This document shows, piece by piece, positions 44,681-54,392 of a stretch of DNA of 64,000 nt. Source of the stretch: an uncultured Pseudomonadota bacterium (GTDB taxonomy: Bacteria > Myxococcota_A > UBA9160 > PR03); assembly GCA_900696485.1 (NCBI GenBank), contig CAADGG010000013.1:51771-115770 (forward strand), read 5' to 3'. Both the position numbers and the translations under genes were made by a program. Below the pieces are notes generated by a model. It worked only from the letters and a program-made list of their open reading frames with translations, made no database searches and had not been told where the DNA came from. Each line of letters starts with the position of its first letter. Position 1 is the first letter of the stretch.

Positions 44681-45004
44681 TCAGCTTCCGGACGGCTCGC
44701 CGCGCTCCAACGAGAGCCATTGGAAGTAGCTGGAGGAGCCGTGGACCTTGCCGCCGTGGCCCGCGTGGAAGCGAACCTCCGCACCGGCATCGGAGCTGGC
44801 GAGGATCTCGCGGAAGGCATCGATCTTGCGCGTCGGATCCTCGGCGTTGAGGCCATGGAACACGATCTCGACTCGCGACTTGATCGCGAGCACGTTGATG
44901 ACGAGCGTGGCGAGCGTGAAGAGCTTGCCGATGCCCTCGACCGCCTCGACGGAGAAGCGCGGAACCGGCACGTCATCGATCTGGAAGGTGTACTCGAGTC
45001 GCAT
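44681..45004 (-). CDS. hypothetical protein (107 aa)
   Basis: ATG 45004 lies 32 nt after the oppF-like stop. The sequence MRLEYTFQIDDVPVPRFSVEAVEGIGKLFTLATLVINVLAIKSRVEIVFHGLNAEDP is not low-complexity. Confidence 0.5.
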   Translation of the reverse strand: MRLEYTFQIDDVPVPRFSVEAVEGIGKLFTLATLVINVLAIKSRVEIVFHGLNAEDPTRKIDAFREILASSDAGAEVRFHAGHGGKVHGSSSYFQWLSLERGEPSGS

Positions 45005-45036
45005 GCGGCGCAGGGTCGCCCGGTGCCGTTGGGGTG

Positions 45037-46053
45037 TCAAGCACGCGGAACGTCCCCCGTCGTGCGAACGGTGCTTTGCTCGGCGAGGAAGCAGCGACTG
45101 GCGCCCGCCGCCACCGCGAACAGCGCTGGCGCCTCCCGGCGGCAGCGGTCGAAGACGAGCGGACATCGGGGATGGAAGCGACAGCCCGCCGGAGGCTGCG
45201 CCGGCGACGGAACCTCCCCGCGAAGCCGGATCCGCTCCGCCGAACGGCGCGCCCGCGGGTCGAGCGACGGAACGGCCTCCAGCAACGCGCGCGTGTACGG
45301 ATGCTGTGGATCCCCGAGCACCTGCTCGGTCGGACCCTCTTCGACGATCTGGCCCAGGTACATCACCGCCACGCGATCCGCGAGCTGCCGCACCACGCCG
45401 AGGTCGTGGCTGATGAACAGGTAGGAAAGACCGAGCTCGGCGCGGAGGTCGTGCAGCAGGTTCAGGATCTGCGCCTGGATCGAGACGTCGAGCGCCGACA
45501 CCGACTCGTCGCAGATCAACAGCCGCGGTTCGACGGCGAGCGCCCGAGCGATGCAGACGCGTTGGCGTTGCCCACCGGAGAGTTCATGGGGAAACCGGCC
45601 GAGCAGCGACGAATCGAGGCCGACTCGCTCGAGCAACGCGGCGACGCGCGCCTCCCGCTCGATCCGATCGGCCCCGATGCCGTGCGTCTCCATGCCCTCC
45701 GCAACGGCGTCGCGCACGCGCAGCCGGGGATCGAGCGCCGCCAGCGGATCCTGGAACACGATCTGGAGTCTCCGCCGCAGCGATCGCAACGATGGCCGTG
45801 GGAGCGCGAGCAGATCCTCGCCCTCGAAGCGCACGCGCCCGGCCTGCGGCTCGACGAGGCGCAGGATCGAGCGCCCGACCGTCGTCTTGCCACAGCCCGA
45901 CTCGCCGACCAGGGCGACGGTGGCTCCGGCCTGCACACAGAGATCCACACCGTCGACGGCTCGGATCCAGCCGACCGGGCGCTGCAGCAGGCCGGCTCGG
46001 ATCGGAAACCACGTGCGCAGGCCCTCGACTTCCAGCAGCGGGACCGAGCTCAC
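45037..46053 (-). CDS. peptide/nickel ABC transporter ATP-binding protein (OppF/DppF-like)
   Basis: GTG 46053 overlaps the upstream stop (GTGA). The sequence contains [18 protein letters not shown] and a C-terminal oligopeptide domain. Confidence 0.9.
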   Translation of the reverse strand: MSSVPLLEVEGLRTWFPIRAGLLQRPVGWIRAVDGVDLCVQAGATVALVGESGCGKTTVGRSILRLVEPQAGRVRFEGEDLLALPRPSLRSLRRRLQIVFQDPLAALDPRLRVRDAVAEGMETHGIGADRIEREARVAALLERVGLDSSLLGRFPHELSGGQRQRVCIARALAVEPRLLICDESVSALDVSIQAQILNLLHDLRAELGLSYLFISHDLGVVRQLADRVAVMYLGQIVEEGPTEQVLGDPQHPYTRALLEAVPSLDPRARRSAERIRLRGEVPSPAQPPAGCRFHPRCPLVFDRCRREAPALFAVAAGASRCFLAEQSTVRTTGDVPRA

Positions 46054-47051
46054 GCTCCGATCTCCCGAGCGACCGCATGACAGCGAACCGTGTGGCCTTC
46101 CGTCACCGGGGTCCAGTCTGGCGCCTCGGCGCACGCGGCGTACGCGCGGGCGCAGCGGCCGGCGAAGCGACAACCGGAAGGCCAGTCCTCGGGCGGAGGC
46201 ACGGCGCCGGGAATCTCCACGAGACGTGCGCCGCGCGGTGTCCGTGCCGGGAGCGATCCGAGCAGCCCGACGGTATACGGATGACGAGCTGTGGCCAGCA
46301 CGTCCTCGCGCGAGCCTTGCTCGACGACGCGACCGGCGTACATCACGGCCACGCGGTCGGCCAGCTCGTTCACGACGCCGAGATCGTGTGTGATCAGCAG
46401 GACGGCCATGCCGAGTTCCTGGCCCAGCTCGCGCAGCAGGTCCAGAATCTGGGCCTGGATCGTGACGTCGAGCGCGGTGGTCGGCTCATCCGCGATCAAC
46501 AGCTTGGGGCGCGCCGACAGCGCCATCGCGATCATCGCGCGCTGCTTCATGCCCCCCGACAGTTCGTGCGGATACGCTCCGAGGCGCGCCTCGGGATCCG
46601 GGATGCCGACGCGCTCGAACAGGCCGAGTGCGCGCCGCTGCGCCTCCCGGGGCCGGACGCGCTCGTGCAGCCGAATCGCCTCGATCACCTGCGCACCGAC
46701 CCGTTGCACCGGGTTGAGACTCGTCATCGGCTCCTGGAAGATCATGCCGATCTCGCCGCCACGAATCCGCCGCCACTCACGCGGGCCGAGGCCGGCGAGC
46801 GAACGGCCCGCCAGCACGACGCGTCCGGCGTCGACGCGCCCGGGGCGGGCGACCAGTTGCGCGATGGAAAGCGCCGTCAACGACTTGCCGCAACCGGACT
46901 CGCCGACCAGCGCCAGCACCTCGCCGCATGCCACACGGAGATCGACGTGATCCACGATGGCGACGCGGCGTCCCCGCGAGGTGGGAAAACTCGTGACGAG
47001 TCCCTCGACCACGAGGAGATCCGGCCCCGTCGAACTCGCCGCTGCGCTCAT
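46050..47051 (-). CDS. peptide/nickel ABC transporter ATP-binding protein (OppD/DppD-like)
   Basis: ATG 47051 overlaps the upstream stop (ATGA). The sequence contains GESGCGKSL and LSGGMKQRA. Confidence 0.9.
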   Translation of the reverse strand: MSAAASSTGPDLLVVEGLVTSFPTSRGRRVAIVDHVDLRVACGEVLALVGESGCGKSLTALSIAQLVARPGRVDAGRVVLAGRSLAGLGPREWRRIRGGEIGMIFQEPMTSLNPVQRVGAQVIEAIRLHERVRPREAQRRALGLFERVGIPDPEARLGAYPHELSGGMKQRAMIAMALSARPKLLIADEPTTALDVTIQAQILDLLRELGQELGMAVLLITHDLGVVNELADRVAVMYAGRVVEQGSREDVLATARHPYTVGLLGSLPARTPRGARLVEIPGAVPPPEDWPSGCRFAGRCARAYAACAEAPDWTPVTEGHTVRCHAVAREIGA

Positions 47052-48079
47052 GCGCGCTCCCGCACCGTGCGGGGATCGAGCACGTCGCGCACCGCATCGC
47101 CCACCCGGTTCACGCACAGGATCAGCACGAACAGCGCGCCGGAGGCCGCGCCGAGATTCCAGCCGATCACCGGATCCCGCGACAGCTCGTCACGCGCCTG
47201 GTCGATCATCTGGCCCCAACTGCCATCGAGTCCGAGGCCCAGCCACGACAGCACCGCTTCGGACAGCACCAGCTGCGAGAAGGTCAGCACGAAGGTGATG
47301 ACCACCAGGTGCGTCAGGTTCGGCAGGATGTGACGCCACAGGATGCGCCACTCGGAGACGCCGAGCGCACGCGCGGCCTGGACGTAGTCGAGCTCCCGGA
47401 GCTTCAACGTCTCCCCGCGTGCGAGCCGGCAGAAGCCGACCCAGCCGGTCACCGCCAGGGCGAAGCACACCTGTAGCGGGCCGCGCCCGATTGCGGTGAC
47501 CAGCGCGATCAGCAGCAGGATCGACGGCATCGACGCGAGCGTCGAGACCACGAAGAAGACCAGATCGTCGAGGCGACCGCCGAACCAGCCGGCCGGGACG
47601 CCCGCGAGCAGCGCCAGCGGGATCGCGATCAGGCACGTGAGCCCTCCCACCAGCAGCGCGACTCTCGCCCCCTGCAACGTCAGCAGCAGCACGTCACGGC
47701 CGAGAATGTCGGTCCCGAGCAGATGTCGCCTTGGATGTCTGAGGGGAGCGCCGCCGTAGAACTCCCGCTCGGCGAGCGGGGCCGAATAGCTGGCCTCCTG
47801 GAAATCCGCCGGAAACAGCCGCTCGAGCGCGCTGCGCGCTTCGAGCAGGCCCGGGCTCGCGGCCTCGGACTCCGCCGCCAGTTCCTCGCGCCACGAAACC
47901 GCGTCGAGCAGCGCGACACCCACGTACAGCGCAATCCCCAGCAGAGCCAGCGGACGCCGCCGCCGGATCTCGACCAGCCGCTCGCGCCAGTAGCGATTGC
48001 GCGGGAGGCGCCACGCGAGGAAGCCGGCGACGACCAACAGCAGCAGGACGACGAGATTCGTCGCAACGTGCGCTTCCAC
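47048..48079 (-). CDS. peptide ABC transporter permease (OppC/DppC-like)
   Basis: Track ORF. It is a multi-spanning protein with a BPD_transp_1-like region containing ARALGVSEWRILWRHILPN. Confidence 0.85.
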   Translation of the reverse strand: MEAHVATNLVVLLLLVVAGFLAWRLPRNRYWRERLVEIRRRRPLALLGIALYVGVALLDAVSWREELAAESEAASPGLLEARSALERLFPADFQEASYSAPLAEREFYGGAPLRHPRRHLLGTDILGRDVLLLTLQGARVALLVGGLTCLIAIPLALLAGVPAGWFGGRLDDLVFFVVSTLASMPSILLLIALVTAIGRGPLQVCFALAVTGWVGFCRLARGETLKLRELDYVQAARALGVSEWRILWRHILPNLTHLVVITFVLTFSQLVLSEAVLSWLGLGLDGSWGQMIDQARDELSRDPVIGWNLGAASGALFVLILCVNRVGDAVRDVLDPRTVRERA

Positions 48080-48089
48080 CCCTCCCCCC

Positions 48090-49055
48090 CTAGCCGAGCC
48101 GGACTCGCGGATCCGCGAGCGTGTAGGCGAGGTCCGTCAGGATCTGTCCGGCGACGAACAGCAGCGCGCCGAGGTACACCATCACGCGAAGCGTCGCGAA
48201 GTCGTTGGCATGGATGGCGTCGACGGTGATCGAGCCGAGGCCGGGGATGCCGAAGAAGGACTCGAGCAACAGCGCGCCGGTAAAGAGAAATGGGATCCGG
48301 ACCACTTCGTGCGTGAGGATCGGGATCATCGCGTTCGGCAGTACGTGGCGCGCCATCACGCGACCGTCACCGGCGCCCTTGGCGAACGCGGTGCGGACGT
48401 AGTCGCGGCTGGTCTCCTCGACGAAGATGGTCCGATACAGCCGCACGTCGCTGCCGATTCCGTTCAGCAATCCCACCAGCAGCGGCAACGCGAGGAATCG
48501 TGCGATCACCGACGGATCGGCCGCGAACCCCGAGATCGGGAACCAGCGCAGCAGCACGCCGATCAGGTACTGGCCGCCGAGGATGTAGATCAGGATCGAG
48601 ATGCTCATCGCCACCACCGCCAGCACGACGCCGACTCGATCGATGTAGGTCTCGCGGAAGAACGCGACGAGCAGCGCCACGGCGAGCGCCAGCGGCAGTC
48701 CGAGCAGGAACAACGGCACGGTGAGCGCCAGGCTCGGTCCGGCGCCGCCGCGCAGGCGCTGCGAGATGGGTACGTCGTCGGCATCACTGCGACCGAAGTC
48801 GAAGGTCAGCATCCGCCGGTAGTGTTCGAACAGCATCGTGTCGAGCGGATCCTCGGGATTCCAGAGACGCGGCCGGTCGTAGCCGTGGTTGGCGATCCAC
48901 TGCGCGATCGCCTCGGGCGGCGCCTTCTCGCCGATCGCCCGCCGCGCCACGTCTTCGGGCTGGGCCGTGGCGAAGAACAGCACGAACAGGAAGCCGAGCA
49001 CGCCGAGCACCGTGACGGCGCCCCACGCGAGCCGGCGCAGCAGCCACGCGCTCAC
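48090..49055 (-). CDS. peptide ABC transporter permease (OppB/DppB-like)
   Basis: GTG 49055 overlaps the oppA-like stop (GTGA). The sequence contains RDYVRTAFAKGAGDGRVMARHVLPNA. Confidence 0.85.
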   Translation of the reverse strand: MSAWLLRRLAWGAVTVLGVLGFLFVLFFATAQPEDVARRAIGEKAPPEAIAQWIANHGYDRPRLWNPEDPLDTMLFEHYRRMLTFDFGRSDADDVPISQRLRGGAGPSLALTVPLFLLGLPLALAVALLVAFFRETYIDRVGVVLAVVAMSISILIYILGGQYLIGVLLRWFPISGFAADPSVIARFLALPLLVGLLNGIGSDVRLYRTIFVEETSRDYVRTAFAKGAGDGRVMARHVLPNAMIPILTHEVVRIPFLFTGALLLESFFGIPGLGSITVDAIHANDFATLRVMVYLGALLFVAGQILTDLAYTLADPRVRLG

Positions 49056-51073
49056 GCGCGTCGCTCCCGTCGCCACGTGACGATCCCGGGGATCAGCAGC
49101 GCCACGGCGAGTCCGGCTGCCACGGCCAGCGGCCAGCGAACCGGCTGGTTCCACGCCGCCCGCCGCGCGGCCCGTGGATCGGGCTCGACGTCGTAGTACT
49201 TCCAGGTCGGCACCGGGAGCCCCATCGGTGCGAAGCCTCGGAGCCAGCCGTGCACCAGCGCATAGTCCTCCGGATGGAACAGCTCGATCCACGGCCGCTC
49301 GTGCTCCAGCAGCGCGCGCATCTCGGCGATCCGTGCGAGCCGCCGGTCATCATTCTCCCGGTTCTTCATCTGGTGGAAGAGCGCGTCGTAACGCGGGTCG
49401 GCGAAGTTCGCCGTGTTGGGTCCGCCGCCGCGGCTCTGCGCCAGCTCGCTCCACAGCAGGAACAGGAAGTTCTCGGGATCCGGATAGTCGGCGATCCAGC
49501 CCCACATGAAGAGCTGGTAGGCGCCGCGGCGGACCTTGTCGCGGAACTGATTGTAGTCCGTCGCCGCCAACTCGACGTCGAGGCCGAGGCGCTTCCAGGC
49601 TTCGATGAAGAACAGGTAGCGCAGGCGGCTCTGCACGCTGGTATCACCGGTATCGAAGGTGATGCGCAGCGGACGACGCGTTTCCGGATCGATGCCACCG
49701 GCATAGCCGGCCTCGACGAGCAGCGCACGCGCGCGAGCGAGGTCGGGCGTCCGGAACGGATTCCGGTACTCCTCGTCGTAGCCGAAGATGCCGGGTGGCA
49801 GCGGCGACTGGGCCGGGATGCCGCGATCGTTCAGGAAGATGCGCAGGAACTCCTGGCCGTCGACGGCGAGGCTCATCGCCTGCCGCAGCAGACGGCCGCG
49901 CTCTCCGGCCGCGGAGCCGACGACGCGATCCTCCATGTTGAATCCCAGGTAGTACACGCCGGGGCGAACCGCGCGCTCGAGCCGCATGCCGCGCGCCGCC
50001 ATCTCCGGGGAGAGCGCGCCGTTGCGCACCGCCTGATCGAAGCTTTCCTTCGGAATCGTCGAGCGGTCGTAGTAGCCCTGCGTGAACTTGGCGAAGGCCG
50101 GAATCGTCTCCTTCTCGAGCCGCATCTCGATGCGATCGAGGAACGGCAGCGGGCGCCCGACCAGCGCCGGATCGAGCGTGCCGCGGGCGGCATCCTCGGG
50201 CATCCCCTCGCTCGGATACGTCGCCGACGGCGCCTGCCACTCGGGATGCTGCGTGCCCCACCAGTCGGGATTGCGGTCCAACACGATGCGGCTGCGCTTG
50301 TCGTAGCGGGTGAGACGGAACGGGCCGGTTCCGACGGCGACCTCGGAGAAGGCGGGCCGGCCGGCCTCGCCGTCGTACCACGCGACGGCCTCCCACGGCA
50401 CCGGCGACGTGAACGGCATCGCGAACCAGTACAGGATCTGCGGGTAGGGCTGCTCCGTCACGATCTCGAGTCGGTCGGGATCCGTCACGCCGACACCGGC
50501 GACGGGACCCGCGCGCCGGTACTGCTCGTCGATCCGGAGCGCCGCGAAGCCGGGCTCTTGCTCCCGGAGCTGCTGCAACCGCTTGCCGAAGGCCGCCAGG
50601 CCCACGATCTTCGAGAGCGGGACCAGCACGGGGCTGTTCACGGCCGGATCCGCGATGCGCAGGATCCCGAACGCCACATCGGACGCGCGCAGTTCGCGTC
50701 GCCCGATCCCGTCGCCCGCGAGCGAAAAGGCGGGATCTTCGGCGAACCAGACGCCCCGCCGCAGCGTGAAGCGGTAGCGCACCGTTCCGTCCGGTTGCGG
50801 CTCGGCCTCCGGAACCCGGACGGCGAGACCGGGGATCAACCGATACGGACGCTTCAGATAGTGATACTCGAGCAGCGTCTCGTAGACGTTCGAGAGCACG
50901 TCGTGATCCACCGTCGAGTAGGCGACCTGTGGGTCCAGGGTCTTCGGCGGCTCGCTGTAGGCGGTGTAGAAGACGCGCAGGGCATCATCGGTATCGGGAT
51001 AGGGGTTGTTGGAGCAGGCGAGGAGCAGCAGCCCACAGCCCACCGCCAGCGAGATCCATGCCGCCCGTCTCAC
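49052..51073 (-). CDS. ABC transporter substrate-binding lipoprotein, family 5 (peptide/nickel)
   Basis: GTG 51073 overlaps the upstream stop (GTGA). It has the lipobox LLLAC, and YSEPPKTLDPQVAYSTVDHDVLSNVYETLLEY is typical of SBP_bac_5. Confidence 0.85.
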   Translation of the reverse strand: MRRAAWISLAVGCGLLLLACSNNPYPDTDDALRVFYTAYSEPPKTLDPQVAYSTVDHDVLSNVYETLLEYHYLKRPYRLIPGLAVRVPEAEPQPDGTVRYRFTLRRGVWFAEDPAFSLAGDGIGRRELRASDVAFGILRIADPAVNSPVLVPLSKIVGLAAFGKRLQQLREQEPGFAALRIDEQYRRAGPVAGVGVTDPDRLEIVTEQPYPQILYWFAMPFTSPVPWEAVAWYDGEAGRPAFSEVAVGTGPFRLTRYDKRSRIVLDRNPDWWGTQHPEWQAPSATYPSEGMPEDAARGTLDPALVGRPLPFLDRIEMRLEKETIPAFAKFTQGYYDRSTIPKESFDQAVRNGALSPEMAARGMRLERAVRPGVYYLGFNMEDRVVGSAAGERGRLLRQAMSLAVDGQEFLRIFLNDRGIPAQSPLPPGIFGYDEEYRNPFRTPDLARARALLVEAGYAGGIDPETRRPLRITFDTGDTSVQSRLRYLFFIEAWKRLGLDVELAATDYNQFRDKVRRGAYQLFMWGWIADYPDPENFLFLLWSELAQSRGGGPNTANFADPRYDALFHQMKNRENDDRRLARIAEMRALLEHERPWIELFHPEDYALVHGWLRGFAPMGLPVPTWKYYDVEPDPRAARRAAWNQPVRWPLAVAAGLAVALLIPGIVTWRRERRA

Positions 51074-51888
51074 CCATCGCCCCCGAGCCGGAGTTCGAAC
51101 AGCTCCGGGGGCAGTACTGGATTCAGTTCCACGCTCTGGAACTGCACCCGGGCCTGTGCGCCCGTCCGAAGGTCCTCGAGCTCGAGCAGGAACGGAAACT
51201 CCTCGTCGCCGAGCGTCCGGTAGTCGGACCAGCGCACGTGCTGGAGCGGCTCGGACTCCACACCGAAACGCGTCCATCCGGCAAGCCGCCCGGACGGATC
51301 GAAATCGACCCGGACGGAGTGGTCCGGCTCCGGCGCCCGGAACTCGAGCTGCACGCGGCCGTCGACCGTCTGGGTGCCACCGACGAGCCGCGCCCGCGGC
51401 GGCAAGGGCGGCGCCGCCAGCAGCAACCGGACGGCCTGCTCCGGTGTGACGGCGAGCCCCGCCACCTCCCACAGCAGCGCGGCATGGACGGGTCCGCCGG
51501 TCAGCGAGCGATCCTCCGCGCGGAACAGCCGGTACTCGATCCCATCCGTCGTCAGCACCGCGAGGCGCTGGTCGAGGAGACCGAGGATCTCGACCCGCAG
51601 GCGGGCCGGCCGCTCCACCAGCATGAGCTGCTTCACGCGTCCGGCGCCGGCCGGACCGTCGATGCCGAGACGCGCGATCGCGCGCAGGCTCGATCGCGCG
51701 TCCGCAACCCGAGTGAGACCGGCCAGCAGGGCGGTCGGCGACACGTCCCGATGGGCCGCTGGAACGGGGACCGAAGCCGGCTGCGGCCGACTTCCCGACG
51801 CGCAGCCGGACCCCCACGCCGCTCCCAGCGCCGCCACGAGAACCAGAGGGATGCGCACTCGGCCCGAGCCGCGGCGCCACCTCATCAC
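51070..51888 (-). CDS. LolB-like/DUF4292 outer-membrane lipoprotein
   Basis: Track ORF. GTG 51888 overlaps the TPR gene stop (GTGA). It has the lipobox GSGC and the LolA/LolB-like pattern RLRVEILGLLDQRLAVLTTDG. Confidence 0.55.
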   Translation of the reverse strand: MMRWRRGSGRVRIPLVLVAALGAAWGSGCASGSRPQPASVPVPAAHRDVSPTALLAGLTRVADARSSLRAIARLGIDGPAGAGRVKQLMLVERPARLRVEILGLLDQRLAVLTTDGIEYRLFRAEDRSLTGGPVHAALLWEVAGLAVTPEQAVRLLLAAPPLPPRARLVGGTQTVDGRVQLEFRAPEPDHSVRVDFDPSGRLAGWTRFGVESEPLQHVRWSDYRTLGDEEFPFLLELEDLRTGAQARVQFQSVELNPVLPPELFELRLGGDG

Positions 51889-53672
51889 GGCGCCCCGAGT
51901 TCGCGCCGCAACTGCTCGAGCTTCTCGCGCAGCTCGGACTGCTCGCCCGCGCGCGGATCGAGGCGCAGCGCCTCTTCGTAGAACTGCAGCGCACGGGGGC
52001 CGTCCCTGAGCATCCGGTACGCGTCACCGAGATGTTCGGAGATCACGGGGTCGCCGCCGGTCAACTGCGCCGCGCGCTCGAGTTCGCGAATCGCGCGCTC
52101 GAGCAGTGCGCGACCGCGCTGCGCCTGTTCGCCGTCCCCGCTTTCCAGCAACGGCTTCGCCCGCATGTAGAAGACCCAGCCGAGGCTGTCGGTGATGTAG
52201 CCGTCGTCCGGGCGTTGCTCGAGCGCGCGCGTGATCATGCGCTCGGCCTCGTCGAGATCCTGCCCCTGCTCCGCGAGGGTGTAGCCGACGTAGTTGAGCG
52301 CACCGGGGTGATCGGGATTGCGCGCCAGCACGTCGCGCATGGAGCGGAGGGACTCCTCCGTGTGACCCGCTTCGCCGTGGACGACGCCGAGGTTGTAGAC
52401 CAGATCCTCATCGTCCGGCGACGCCTCGAGCAGCTCCTGCAGGAACGCGACGGCCCCGTCGAAGTCGCCAGATTTCGCGCGCAGGCTCGCGACGTAGAGA
52501 TCGAGCGCCCGCGACGGGGCCCGCGTGCGCACCGCCTCGGCCTCGGCCAGCGCGGCGGCGAAATCCCGCTGCTGCTCCCGGATCGCCGCCACCTGGAGCC
52601 GCGCGTCGGACCAGCGCTCGTTCTCCGGCGGGATGCGGTCGAAGCTGCCCATCGCCTCGTCGAGCCGTCCGGCGCGACGCTGCACCATGCCGAGCAGGTA
52701 GTGCACTTCGGGCTGCTCTGGATTCTCGGCCAACGCCTGCTCGAAACGCGCCGCTGCGGACGCATAATCGTTCTGCTCGAGGTCGAGATAGCCCAGACGG
52801 ACGAGGGAGCGAAGATCCTCGGGATGGTGTCGCTCGATGCGCTCGAGCACGTCGCGCGCATCGTCCCAGCGCTCGAGTGCGATGTAGACATCCGCAAGCG
52901 CCATCAACGTCGCGTGGTGATCGGGCTGGCGCTCGAGCACCTCCTGGTAGATCGCGATCTCGCCGTCCCGATCGCCGCGCTGGCGCCGCGCGCGTGCGAG
53001 CGCCCCGAAGACCGCGAGGTTCTCCGGTTCCTGGCGCAGCGCCTGGCGCAGCGCCTGCTCGGCTTCCGCCGGGCGATCGAGCCGCTCGTAGGCGCGAGAG
53101 AGCGCGAAGTACGAACGCAGGCTGGTCGGCTCGGCACGCACCAGCCAGTGCGCGAGACGCAGCGCGTCCTCGGGGCGGCCGGCGTCGGCGTACAGGCCGT
53201 ACAGCAGCAGACCGGCATCGGCATCGAGAGGGGTGCCGTCCGGTTCGAGCAGGACCTTCTCGGCCGCTCCGATGTCGCGGCGGATCCGGTGCAGTGTGCC
53301 GAGAAAGATCCGCACGTCGGTGTTGTCGGGTTCCAGTTCGAGCGCGCGTTCGGCGAAGCCGACCGCCTCGTCGGGCTGCCCGGCTCGCGCCAGCAGCTCG
53401 GCCACCTTCCGGTACAGAAGGGCCGACTCGGGATCCTTGCCGAGCGCGCGCCGGTACGCGGCCAGCGACTCCTCTAGGTTGCCTTCCAGCTCGAGCTGGC
53501 GGGCCACCAGGTAGTCGTAGTCGGACGGCGCCGTCGGCCGCTCGACGATCCCGGGCTCCTCGGGACGACCGAAGCCGCCGAGGGCCGTGCAGCCCCCGAG
53601 CCCGATCGTCGAGAGCGCGAGCGCCGACAGCGCGGCGAAGAGGACCGGAGTCCTCCGGGGTCGGAAGCTCAC
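51885..53672 (-). CDS. TPR-repeat lipoprotein
   Basis: GTG 53672 overlaps the cysC stop (GTGA). It has the lipobox LGGC and more than 12 TPR-like repeats. Confidence 0.75.
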   Translation of the reverse strand: MSFRPRRTPVLFAALSALALSTIGLGGCTALGGFGRPEEPGIVERPTAPSDYDYLVARQLELEGNLEESLAAYRRALGKDPESALLYRKVAELLARAGQPDEAVGFAERALELEPDNTDVRIFLGTLHRIRRDIGAAEKVLLEPDGTPLDADAGLLLYGLYADAGRPEDALRLAHWLVRAEPTSLRSYFALSRAYERLDRPAEAEQALRQALRQEPENLAVFGALARARRQRGDRDGEIAIYQEVLERQPDHHATLMALADVYIALERWDDARDVLERIERHHPEDLRSLVRLGYLDLEQNDYASAAARFEQALAENPEQPEVHYLLGMVQRRAGRLDEAMGSFDRIPPENERWSDARLQVAAIREQQRDFAAALAEAEAVRTRAPSRALDLYVASLRAKSGDFDGAVAFLQELLEASPDDEDLVYNLGVVHGEAGHTEESLRSMRDVLARNPDHPGALNYVGYTLAEQGQDLDEAERMITRALEQRPDDGYITDSLGWVFYMRAKPLLESGDGEQAQRGRALLERAIRELERAAQLTGGDPVISEHLGDAYRMLRDGPRALQFYEEALRLDPRAGEQSELREKLEQLRRELGAP

Positions 53673-54280
53673 GACGAGAGGTAGCCCTTCTCTTCCAGGA
53701 ACGCGACGAGCTGGCCGACGCTCTCCTCGACCGACTGGCGGTTGGTGTCGAGCACCAGCTCCGGCCGCGAGGGTGCCTCGTAGGGAGCCGAGATCCCGGT
53801 GAACTCGGGGATCTCGCCGGCACGCGCCTTCTTGTAGAGGCCCTTCACGTCGCGCGACTCGCAGGTGTCGACGCTGGCCGAGACGTAGGCCTCGACGAAG
53901 CGACCCTCCGGGTGGATGCCGCGCACCAGATCCCGGTCGGCCCGATACGGAGAGATGAACGACGTGAAGACGATCACGCCACACTCGGCGAACAGCTTTG
54001 CCACCTCGCCGATGCGGCGGATGTTCTCGGTGCGGTCCTCCGGCGAGAAACCGAGATTCTTGTTGAGCCCGTGGCGGACGTTGTCGCCGTCGAGCACGCA
54101 GGCAAGCCGGCCGCGAGACACCAGCACTTCTTCGGCCGCCACGGCGATCGTGGACTTGCCCGAGCCCGAGAGGCCCGTGAGCCACACCGTGACGCCCTTC
54201 TGGCCGAGCAGCTTCTCGCGATCCTCGCGGGTGACATGGTGCTGATGCCAGGTGATGTTCGTCGCCCGCTGATCGGTCAT
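53669..54280 (-). CDS. cysC: adenylyl-sulfate (APS) kinase
   Basis: ATG at 54280. The sequence contains VWLTGLSGSGKST, LDGDNVRHGLN and FISPYRADR. Confidence 0.9.
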   Translation of the reverse strand: MTDQRATNITWHQHHVTREDREKLLGQKGVTVWLTGLSGSGKSTIAVAAEEVLVSRGRLACVLDGDNVRHGLNKNLGFSPEDRTENIRRIGEVAKLFAECGVIVFTSFISPYRADRDLVRGIHPEGRFVEAYVSASVDTCESRDVKGLYKKARAGEIPEFTGISAPYEAPSRPELVLDTNRQSVEESVGQLVAFLEEKGYLSS

Positions 54281-54321
54281 CGGCTCGATCCTCTGCACTG
54301 GAGCGCTCCCGGCGGAGCGAT

Positions 54322-54339
54322 GTTCGGGAGCTCCCGAAC
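54322..54339. terminator. 18-bp perfect palindrome between iscS and cysC
   Basis: GTTCGGGAGCTCCCGAAC lies 54 nt after the iscS stop. It has no U-tract, so it could be an attenuator or a protein-binding site. Confidence 0.3.
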
Positions 54340-54392
54340 GCCCGCCTCCGGGATCGGAATCGGCGGAGGGTAGCGGCGGGCCCTCGCGGGGG

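Noticed and set aside
51074-52027. N-terminal 318 codons of ORF 49052..52027 (-)
   Set aside because: This part overlaps the DUF4292 gene in another frame. The lipoprotein signal and the GTGA coupling define the true start at 51073.
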